Below, piece by piece: positions 43,150-50,249 of a stretch of DNA of 52,147 nt (position 1 is its first letter; the number at the start of each line of letters is the position of its first letter). Both the position numbers and the translations under genes were made by a program. Source of the DNA: an uncultured Gammaproteobacteria bacterium (GTDB taxonomy: Bacteria; Patescibacteriota; Patescibacteriia; UBA9570; XYC2-FULL-38-9); contig CAYFNF010000003.1 of assembly GCA_964344485.1 (NCBI GenBank), positions 50,149-102,295 on the forward strand, given 5' to 3'. The notes below the pieces were generated by a model. The model worked only from the letters and a program-made list of their open reading frames with translations. It did no database searches and had not been told where the DNA came from.

Positions 43150-44051
43150 AAAAAGAGAGAGACAATAAAATGCCCGATAAACGCAAGAAAGACAATTGGT
43201 GGTAATGCAGGAATAGGCTTGCCCTTGGTCGTCACGGTATAGAGATGGTGCATAGCAATGACGCCAATACCGATAGCGATAGACACGATAACAAACGCAG
43301 CGAGACCATTGTAGAGTAAGTGTGAAAGCGCAAAGAACAACGGAAGTGCAATATCTCCAGCACCGATCACTGAAATTTGCTCTCCAGGTTTAAGCGCTGT
43401 CAACTGTGCGTTCCACTTACGGTATTGATGCGGAATGATCAACCCAAAGAACGCCTGCCGATCAAATAGCGTCTTTGCCATAGTGACCATATGCTTAGAT
43501 AGATATACTGCAGCGATGTCATACAACGAAAGAACTCCAAGAATAATCGCTGCGCCGTACGGTGTAAACTGATGCCCCAGAAGACGCGCAACCCCAGCAA
43601 CTGCTAAAATCACGACAATGTTATGCAACCACACACGCTTGGTTGCTGCGCGCGCTAGAATTACTATAATCGTGAGCGCAATGGAAATACCATACGATAC
43701 TTCTGAAGAGATGACATACAAGCAAAGATAGTAGAGCGTGATGAACATTCCAGCAAATGCACCGAGCCCAAAAAACACCTTCCAGAAGTTCTTTTTCTTC
43801 TTCATGGTCTTCACTAATAGGTACGCTACTGCTGAAGCCACGAAGAACGTTAGAATAAACATGTACGGATTCACTGCAGTGGGAATATCTGAAATCACTG
43901 TTGTCGCAACCTGACTGTCCGCTGCTGTATAGGTAATTCCAAACGCTATTACAAAAGAGATTGCGTATAACGCGATGGTTTGGAGTAATAATTGAAATCG
44001 CTGTACGGCTTGCATTGCTTCTATTGTATCCCAGTTCAATACAATTTTCAA
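43146..44051 (-). CDS. Presenilin / signal-peptide-peptidase-like GxGD intramembrane aspartyl protease (A22-like)
   Basis: 301 aa, about 9 TM helices. YD motif in LSLYDIAAVYLSKHM (D178), GxGD in VIGAGDIALP (D233), PAL motif in KPIPALPP (281-284). The order and spacing match presenilin homologues. ATGA overlap with cutA. Confidence 0.7.
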   Translation of the reverse strand: MKIVLNWDTIEAMQAVQRFQLLLQTIALYAISFVIAFGITYTAADSQVATTVISDIPTAVNPYMFILTFFVASAVAYLLVKTMKKKKNFWKVFFGLGAFAGMFITLYYLCLYVISSEVSYGISIALTIIVILARAATKRVWLHNIVVILAVAGVARLLGHQFTPYGAAIILGVLSLYDIAAVYLSKHMVTMAKTLFDRQAFFGLIIPHQYRKWNAQLTALKPGEQISVIGAGDIALPLFFALSHLLYNGLAAFVIVSIAIGIGVIAMHHLYTVTTKGKPIPALPPIVFLAFIGHFIVSLFL

Positions 44052-44104
44052 CGGAAATAAAAAGGGCCCGTGATTGATGGTCAGGGGCGCGGGGGAGCGG
44101 TTCG

Positions 44105-44434
44105 CTACAGGTCTACCTCGTTCGGAACACCGTCACCGGCGTCCGGCTGATCGAAGTCCATGATGTAGACCTGGTCCTCGGTCTCGAACCAGCGCCTGAT
44201 GTGCATGATCGCACGGTGGGGCAGCGTCTTGTACGTGCTGCCGCACAGCGTGCAGATGATGCTGAACATCAGACCCAGGATCAGGAACCCGAACCCCGCA
44301 CCTGCGGAGACGACGTAGGCAGTGACTGCCACGTCGTTCATGGCGTACGGTCGGAAGATCATGATGAACGTCCCGATCGCAGCACCCGCGAAGGTGTAGG
44401 CCAGGTCCGCCAGGAACCCGAACCAGTCTCCCAT
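44105..44434 (-). CDS. Hypothetical two-TM small protein with strongly GC3-biased (foreign) codon usage
   Basis: MGDWFGFLADLAYTFAGAAIGTFIMIF..VVSAGAGFGFLILGLMFSIICTL.. with an acidic tail. By my count about 85% of codons end in G/C. AGAGG lies 7 nt upstream of the ATG at 44434, and an alternative ATG is at 44455. The track start at 44554 falls inside the predicted -35 element. Confidence 0.5.
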   Translation of the reverse strand: MGDWFGFLADLAYTFAGAAIGTFIMIFRPYAMNDVAVTAYVVSAGAGFGFLILGLMFSIICTLCGSTYKTLPHRAIMHIRRWFETEDQVYIMDFDQPDAGDGVPNEVDL

Positions 44435-44525
44435 GCTCGCCTCTTCGTGCCTCATCTCTGCTGCTCCTACTCGTCTCGGCTGGGGTTGACAACATGTGGC
44501 TTGAGCTAGCCACGGCGAACTAAAG

Positions 44526-44554
44526 AACATATAGAAAAATGTTGCTTTTGTCAA
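44526..44554 (-). promoter_or_regulatory. Sigma70-type promoter upstream of the GC-rich ORF
   Basis: Minus strand: TTGACA (44554..44549), 17-nt spacer, TATGTT (44531..44526). The leader contains the hairpin GTGGCT-n6-AGCCAC (44496..44513). Confidence 0.45.
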
Positions 44555-44602
44555 GTCACAAGCAGCTTTTCGTGTATTGCCTGAAATGTGTCGGAAAATC
44601 AG

Positions 44603-44998
44603 CTACTGCACAAAAACAGTGCGTGTTCGCTGCTTATTATCAAAATCAATTAGCACTATACTTTGCCACGTTCCGAGCTGAAGCTCGCCGTCAACAATCG
44701 GTACTGAAAACTGTGGTTTAAGCAGCGCGGATCGAACGTGTGCGTACCCATTTCCATCCCCCCACTTCTCGTTATGGTGATACTCCCCAGTCTCTGGCGC
44801 GATCTGTTGTAACGCTTCTTTTAAATCAGCGATTGCCCCGGGTTCGTACTCCATGACCGTAACTGCTGAAGTGGTGCTTGGTACAAAAATGTGAACTACT
44901 CCGTCGGTTGTTTCTAGCTCTTGAGCTGCGGATCGTACATGATCAGTAATATCAATAATGTCAGTACACCCCTCGGTTAATATCTCAAATGTCGCCAT
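44603..44998 (-). CDS. yjbQ: YjbQ/UPF0047 family protein (secondary thiamine-phosphate synthase-like)
   Basis: 131 aa. DITDHV..GVVHIFVPSTTSAVTVMEYEPG..GNGYAHVRSALL..LGTWQSIVLIDFD. Confidence 0.88.
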   Translation of the reverse strand: MATFEILTEGCTDIIDITDHVRSAAQELETTDGVVHIFVPSTTSAVTVMEYEPGAIADLKEALQQIAPETGEYHHNEKWGDGNGYAHVRSALLKPQFSVPIVDGELQLGTWQSIVLIDFDNKQRTRTVFVQ

Positions 44999-45025
44999 AA
45001 TTCGTTGGTTATCAATAGTAGTATA

Positions 45026-46057
45026 TCATACGCACTGTTTTAAAGCCCAATGCACATGCTCTTGTACTAATTCCGAAGGGTCGTTCTTTTGCATCTGTTT
45101 CAGTACTTGCTGAGCTTCTGCAGATCCCCAATTCCCGAGCGCAATAGCGACGTTTCTCATGAATCCATCTCTGCGAGCACGCAACACCGGGCTGCGCCGA
45201 AAGCGCGTGCGGAATTCCTGATCAGTGAAAAAAAGTAGCTCAGAAAGAGGGGGTGCAATTCGTTCTTCATGCACGAGAAAATCGTCTTTACTCTGTGCAG
45301 GAGCGTTCTTGTTCCACGGGCAATTCTCTTGGCAGATATCGCATCCAAAAATACGGTTTTTCATCAACGGGCGCAGCTCTTCGGGAATACTATCCTTGTG
45401 TTCAATTGTGAGGTATGAAATACACCGTCGCGCATCTATTGTCTTTTCTTTATAGAGTGCGCATGTTGGGCAGTCATCAATGCACTGCACACATGGACCG
45501 CATGCACGCACACTCAACTCCTGCTGAACTACTGGTAGATCACTACTCAACAATAGCTCCGCGATATAGATAAATGATCCGAGTGTAGGGTGAATCAAGT
45601 TGGTATTCTTGCCGATGAACCCGCACTTCACTGCTGCTGCCCATTCTCGCTCTAAAATCGGTCCGGTGTCAACGTACGCTTTCCACTCGCACTCGCCAAA
45701 CTCATCCTGCAGCTGTGCTGCGAGTGTGTGCAACTTCTTCTTTATCACCTCATGATAGTCATCATATAGTGCATACCGCGCGATAATCCCGCGCGATGGA
45801 TCGCGCAACAGATGTTCAGGGATGCGAGGTGGAGTGTATTGGTATATCAACGAGATATAGGTCTTGGCATTCGGAAGTATCTGAAATGGGTCATTCCGTT
45901 TCTCTACTGCGTGTTCGCGCGATAACCACTCCATATCAGCATGATGGTCTTGCGAAAGCCAATCAGTAAAGTGGTTGATTGTTTTACTACTATGGATTTT
46001 CTGTATACCAAAACAGTCGAATCCAGCTGCATGAATGAGCGATTCGACTGTGTTCAT
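45026..46057 (-). CDS. queG: Epoxyqueuosine reductase
   Basis: Two ferredoxin-type clusters (CGPCVQCIDDCPTCA, CDICQENCPWN), RISYLTIE-like CISYLTIEHK, and HEAT-like C-terminus. Confidence 0.9.
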   Translation of the reverse strand: MNTVESLIHAAGFDCFGIQKIHSSKTINHFTDWLSQDHHADMEWLSREHAVEKRNDPFQILPNAKTYISLIYQYTPPRIPEHLLRDPSRGIIARYALYDDYHEVIKKKLHTLAAQLQDEFGECEWKAYVDTGPILEREWAAAVKCGFIGKNTNLIHPTLGSFIYIAELLLSSDLPVVQQELSVRACGPCVQCIDDCPTCALYKEKTIDARRCISYLTIEHKDSIPEELRPLMKNRIFGCDICQENCPWNKNAPAQSKDDFLVHEERIAPPLSELLFFTDQEFRTRFRRSPVLRARRDGFMRNVAIALGNWGSAEAQQVLKQMQKNDPSELVQEHVHWALKQCV

Positions 46058-46071
46058 GAATCAGAAAATTT

Positions 46072-47466
46072 TTACCGTGCTTTACGCATTTGGCGCACAA
46101 ACAACACTCCAGAGACTACTATTAATAGCACACCGCCAATTATTAATACCACTACCCAGTTAATTGATGAGAAAAAACCACCTTCTTCAGCTTCTGTCTC
46201 TGCAACAGCTGTCTCATCTCCCTGTACAGTGAATTTCACTTTCTTAGTTGACTCACCAGACTCCTTCTCAGTCACTTGAACGTACTGAACGCCCGAAACT
46301 AGCGAAGGAGTACCTTGAAAGCTCCAGAACCCAGAACTATCAGCAGTGGTAGTATACCGTGTTACTGCGCAACAGAATTCAATGGTGACATCTGTTTCTG
46401 GAGTTGCATTACCAGTCAGCGTAATCTGCTCTCCAACATGCACCATTATCTCAGAAGAGCTGTACGTATTCTTCTGTAAGTCGTAGGTTTTATCTTCACT
46501 CGAAAGTGTTAGAATAGTCACTACTTCACTCTCTGTATCGTCCTCTTCCTCGTCTTCCTCCTCATCTTCTTCTTCAGTGTCTTCGTCCTCTTCGTCAGTT
46601 TCCTCTTCTTCTTCCTCATCTGTCTCCTCTTCCTCGTCTTCCTCCTCATCTTCTTCTTCAGTGTCTTCGTCCTCTTCGTCAGTTTCCTCTTCTTCTTCCT
46701 CATCTGTCTCCTCTTCCTCGTCTTCCTCCTCATCTTCTTCAACTGCTACAGTGGAAAATGTAGACTCAGAGCCTTTGTACACCACCTCTGTTTCATCCTG
46801 ATTCTTTACTCGGAAGTAATATTCGGTTTCGTCGTCTAAGCCAGAGATATATGCAGTGTGGGTAGTTGATGTTTGCTCTTCTAATGGAGTTGCCGCGATG
46901 TACGTTCCGCTTGATGTACCGTACTCTACTTGACCAGATGTTGCGCTGTCAGTCGTCCAGGTCACGATTGCAGTGGAAGATGTAATCTGAGAGACAGTCA
47001 CTCCAGAGATGGTCACGGAATCGCTAGAACTATCAGTTGTGCTATCATCTGAAGAATTCGTATTTGTTGTCGTGTCATCATCAGACTCCTCTTCTGCAGA
47101 TTGCACAACAAACGAACCAGACTGATTGGATTCGTCACACGTTGTACATTTATATGTGTACGTACCAGCGGTATCAGCAGTAAATGTAACGGTCACCGTC
47201 TCTCCTGGAGATACAGATTGGTTAATGCCAAATGCTGACAGTTTAAAATTCCGCTCGTCGTCAGCGCTCGTGATGTTTAAAGTGACTGAGTCCCCCTCAT
47301 TAACAGTGATTGCAGACGGACTGAACCCTCGCTCACTTGCTGTGACAGTGTATGACTGTGCTGCTGCGCGAGCTACAGAGGGAACTATGAGCGCGGCACA
47401 CAGGATGACTGCACTCCATAACACCAATCTCATGAATGGCGTGGTTTGTACTGTTGTGTGTTTCAT
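46072..47466 (-). CDS. Secreted, C-terminally membrane-anchored protein: cupredoxin-like domain (ligands degenerate), FN3-like domain, poly-acidic repeat, Ig-like domain
   Basis: Signal peptide ..LIVPSVARAAAQ. ITVNEGDSVTLNITS..GETVTVTFTADTAGTYTYKCTTC (cupredoxin_1-like). IVTWTTDSATSGQVEYG..YYFRV (FN3-like). (E/D/T)n tract. C-terminal TM helix VVVLIIGGVLLIVVSGVLFV followed by RQMRKAR. Confidence 0.7.
   Translation of the reverse strand: MKHTTVQTTPFMRLVLWSAVILCAALIVPSVARAAAQSYTVTASERGFSPSAITVNEGDSVTLNITSADDERNFKLSAFGINQSVSPGETVTVTFTADTAGTYTYKCTTCDESNQSGSFVVQSAEEESDDDTTTNTNSSDDSTTDSSSDSVTISGVTVSQITSSTAIVTWTTDSATSGQVEYGTSSGTYIAATPLEEQTSTTHTAYISGLDDETEYYFRVKNQDETEVVYKGSESTFSTVAVEEDEEEDEEEETDEEEEEETDEEDEDTEEEDEEEDEEEETDEEEEEETDEEDEDTEEEDEEEDEEEDDTESEVVTILTLSSEDKTYDLQKNTYSSSEIMVHVGEQITLTGNATPETDVTIEFCCAVTRYTTTADSSGFWSFQGTPSLVSGVQYVQVTEKESGESTKKVKFTVQGDETAVAETEAEEGGFFSSINWVVVLIIGGVLLIVVSGVLFVRQMRKAR
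46542..46738 (-). repeat. Perfect 84-bp tandem repeat (2 full copies plus about 29 bp) encoding a 28-aa poly-acidic unit
   Basis: The unit cctcttcctcgtcttcctcctcatcttcttcttcagtgtcttcgtcctcttcgtcagtttcctcttcttcttcctcatctgtct starts at 46542 and again at 46626, with a partial third copy from 46710. It is in frame (84 = 28 codons). Confidence 0.9.
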
Positions 47467-48227
47467 AAAAATTTATTTAATAACATTTCTAAATCATGGT
47501 CTCCATGGAACGGAATGAACTTCGCTTTCTCGGTTCCTGGAGTTGGATCAATGAGCACCACACCTGCAATATGAGGAAAGTGTCGCTCCATCTCTTTTGG
47601 GTCACCCTGTACGCGTTGTGCCAAATTAACTTCTTTCTTCAACTCTGAGTGGTCGGTAATGGCCGCAAGAACTTGATGCTTCGCTTTTGGATGGTCTTTC
47701 AAGCGCGTTGCGTGTTTTTTTAACCGCTCAATAAATGACTCCGTTTTCTTCTTTTTATCGCTGGACGATGCTTTACCAGGCTTTCGTAACGATTCGAGGT
47801 GATCGATCTCTGATTCAATCTCCTGTGCGAATTGCTCCTTTACTGCACGTAAATTTCGAAACTGTACCACACCTAAAGCAAGAAGCTCATCAGCGATCTC
47901 CAGCTCTATGTCATATCCATGGTCCTTATCATGTACCACTCGGCAGTTATGGTTACGATAGAGGTACGCAATATAGAGTTTCGTAAGAATATCTAACAGT
48001 TCATCTGCTTCTTCAACGTTTTCTAGATGATCTTGTAGCACATGATGCCCGTCAACTAAATGAAGTGAAGAAAATACCTGTTCAATATCTGGGAGCAGCG
48101 TATGTCCTTGCTTCATCTCTTCGATATGTATGTGATGAACCAACTGCCAAAACGGGTGGGTATCTGAGACCCCCTTAAAAAACTGATATGTATCAGGAAA
48201 GTATTGGTGTAACTGTTCTCGTGTCAT
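47463..48227 (-). CDS. Hypothetical protein (His-rich, ORFan)
   Basis: 254-aa ORF. 4-nt overlap with the downstream secreted-protein gene. No recognised family. Confidence 0.5.
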   Translation of the reverse strand: MTREQLHQYFPDTYQFFKGVSDTHPFWQLVHHIHIEEMKQGHTLLPDIEQVFSSLHLVDGHHVLQDHLENVEEADELLDILTKLYIAYLYRNHNCRVVHDKDHGYDIELEIADELLALGVVQFRNLRAVKEQFAQEIESEIDHLESLRKPGKASSSDKKKKTESFIERLKKHATRLKDHPKAKHQVLAAITDHSELKKEVNLAQRVQGDPKEMERHFPHIAGVVLIDPTPGTEKAKFIPFHGDHDLEMLLNKFL

Positions 48228-48252
48228 ATGTTCGGTAGTATACAGTATACAC

Positions 48253-48277
48253 TAAAAAAAAGCGCAAATCTACGCTT
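48253..48277 (-). terminator. Weak intrinsic terminator after the 286-aa ORF
   Basis: Minus strand: AAGCG-n8-CGCTT hairpin followed by TTTTTTTAG. Confidence 0.4.
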
Positions 48278-48295
48278 GTATGCATATCGGGTTAA

Positions 48296-49156
48296 TTAGT
48301 CAGAATTACGGTGATATTCGGCTAATAATAGTACTATATCCGGGAGTCTATCTATCAGTGTGGTGTAACGTTCAGTCGATGGAGAGAAGCGAATCGCCCA
48401 CTCATTATGCAGCTCCTGAAACGCACTTCTTGCTGGGTGGAGCACCTCTTCTGCAATAGGCTGGTCTGGCTGGGCTTGCTCCGTAACATATAACAATAGA
48501 GAGTCAGCAACTCCTTGAAGTGCGAGTCGTCGTGCATGACCTGTTCGCAGAGCTTCTGCTTGCTCATGGAGCTCGAGTAATCGTTCTGGTTGCTTCACGA
48601 GTTCATGAAACGACTCTGTCTGCTCCACCTGCGTGATGTAGTCAATAATCCAAGCTGGCAGTGCAGTAGGATGCTTCTTTTGAAGATCTTGAAGATCGCT
48701 ATGAATAATCGGATCACTGGCTATCTCTGATAACTCTACTGCGTCATGCTCACCGTCTTCTGCTTGCTGATCAACTGCATTCAACAGTTCTTCAGTCTGT
48801 TGCAGTGCAGCCATATACTGCTGTAGCAGCTCTTCGAGTACATGGTTGCTATGAAGATTGTCTTTTTGGAACTCCTCTAGCACCTCTCGAGTGGATCGCA
48901 ACTCTCGCTGCAGCTCTAACTCTTTTGCTTCATCAACCGTAGACGCTCGGTCCTTGTGCTGCATGTGGGTAATCAGCGACTCTACTTTGGCAATACATAC
49001 TTCAGCACGATTCTGCAGCTCTTGCTCTGGTACTGGCTCTTCAGCATTCTCTGTTCCATTAATATGCTTCGCATTGTTCTCAATGCCAAGAGATACCACA
49101 GGAGTCTCAGTGCTCTCTGGGTCTGTATCGTTCAACTGTGTGTTATCTGTATTCAT
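48296..49156 (-). CDS. Hypothetical acidic helical protein (ORFan)
   Basis: 286-aa ORF, E/Q/L-rich and helical in character. No recognised family. Confidence 0.5.
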   Translation of the reverse strand: MNTDNTQLNDTDPESTETPVVSLGIENNAKHINGTENAEEPVPEQELQNRAEVCIAKVESLITHMQHKDRASTVDEAKELELQRELRSTREVLEEFQKDNLHSNHVLEELLQQYMAALQQTEELLNAVDQQAEDGEHDAVELSEIASDPIIHSDLQDLQKKHPTALPAWIIDYITQVEQTESFHELVKQPERLLELHEQAEALRTGHARRLALQGVADSLLLYVTEQAQPDQPIAEEVLHPARSAFQELHNEWAIRFSPSTERYTTLIDRLPDIVLLLAEYHRNSD

Positions 49157-49209
49157 TTCCGTTAATAAAAGGAATAGATTGTACTATTCCGAAACACTGT
49201 TCACTATAC

Positions 49210-49238
49210 AGTATAGCATAAAAGGTGGACTGAATCAA
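49210..49238 (-). promoter_or_regulatory. Sigma70-type promoter upstream of the 286-aa ORF
   Basis: Minus strand: TTGATT (49238..49233), 17-nt spacer, TATACT (49215..49210). Confidence 0.5.
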
Positions 49239-49245
49239 GCGATTG

Positions 49246-49437
49246 TCACTGTAAAAACGAGCGTATCTGCATCCAAGCAACAACACACAGCAAGCAAAAC
49301 GCACCTGCACCACACACTGCTCCAATCACTGCCCAGCGTACGGTCTTGAAACGCTTTTTTCTCTTCTTCACAGGCAGTACTTCTTCTACAGCTGGTTCGC
49401 TCTGGTCTTGCTCTTCTGTTTCGTCGATGTATACCAT
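49246..49437 (-). CDS. Hypothetical 63-aa protein: acidic N-terminus, KKRKKR, C-terminal TM helix
   Basis: MVYIDETEEQDQSEPAVEEVLPVKKRKKRFKTVRWAVIGAVCGAGAFCLLCVVAW... The ATG at 49437 shares one nt with the TAA of the upstream nucleotidyltransferase gene (TAATG). Confidence 0.45.
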   Translation of the reverse strand: MVYIDETEEQDQSEPAVEEVLPVKKRKKRFKTVRWAVIGAVCGAGAFCLLCVVAWMQIRSFLQ

Positions 49438-50249
49438 TAGATCTCTTGCATTACGGTCTTTATAAGGTCCCGAGGGATGTCTACATGCAGTCGTTTGCCT
49501 ACTATCTTGGTCTGTTTGGCACAGACTTTCACACACTTGTTCAGAGTTTTTTGTAGAGACTTTTCGTGCGCTCGAGGAATGAGTGAATAGATCGTACTCA
49601 ATGCATCATCCGGCAGATCATACTCGATATCTTTAAACCCCCAATCTGCTTTCTCTGGGACATAAAGAATGCGGAGTATTGTTACGAGCTCTTCTAGGCG
49701 ATCATAATACTGATGTACGGCTTCTACCAAATCGTTCCTCTGCAATAAAACCGCTACTTTTGGAATACAATGCCAAAAACGTAAAACCGTATCCTCAAAC
49801 AACTCACGGGCGTACTCCTCTACTTCTTGTGGATTAAACGGCTGGTATTTGATGATGCTCCCTTTATCAAATAACACCTTACACTCTTCTGCGTCTGAAT
49901 CTTTGGTAAAAGAAAATTTCCTGCTCTCTTTCTGTACATCCACATCAATAGAAAGCGACGTCGGGTGGTCTTCTAAGAGGATCTTGAAAGACTCAATATC
50001 TTCTGGCTGGTCTGGCGTCTTAGGATACAGCACGCTTAATACCGGACCGAGCTGCGCAGCAAACTGCTCTCGCTCTTCAACGAACGTATTAAAATTACGA
50101 TCTTTTACCGCGATCCAAAGATCAATGTCCGAAAGATCATCGTCTTCTCCACGCGCAATGGAACCCTCTAGCCACGCAGCTAGTACGCGACTGTCTTCTT
50201 GCAGCACTTCGGTAATGCGTTGAATAATCGGTTTATGTATTCGGGTCAT
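49437..50249 (-). CDS. Pol-beta-superfamily nucleotidyltransferase, Lnu/ANT-like architecture
   Basis: 270 aa. LAAWLEGSIARGEDDDLSDIDLWIAV (GS-x9-11-DxD NTase motif) followed by a helical C-terminal domain. The size and layout recall lincosamide/aminoglycoside nucleotidyltransferases. Confidence 0.7.
   Translation of the reverse strand: MTRIHKPIIQRITEVLQEDSRVLAAWLEGSIARGEDDDLSDIDLWIAVKDRNFNTFVEEREQFAAQLGPVLSVLYPKTPDQPEDIESFKILLEDHPTSLSIDVDVQKESRKFSFTKDSDAEECKVLFDKGSIIKYQPFNPQEVEEYARELFEDTVLRFWHCIPKVAVLLQRNDLVEAVHQYYDRLEELVTILRILYVPEKADWGFKDIEYDLPDDALSTIYSLIPRAHEKSLQKTLNKCVKVCAKQTKIVGKRLHVDIPRDLIKTVMQEI

Noticed and set aside
44133-44513. 126-aa minus-strand and 102-aa plus-strand ORFs overlapping the second GC-rich islet
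   Set aside because: Same reasoning. Their products are Arg/Pro/Gly-rich nonsense typical of off-frame translation of GC-rich genes.
46521-46801. Repetitive block considered as a CRISPR-like array or mobile repeat; K/R-rich (minus) and poly-Ser (plus) ORFs in the track
   Set aside because: The 84-bp units are directly abutting with no spacers. They are in frame within a long ORF whose flanking domains are coherent. The other two ORFs are shadow frames of the same repeat.
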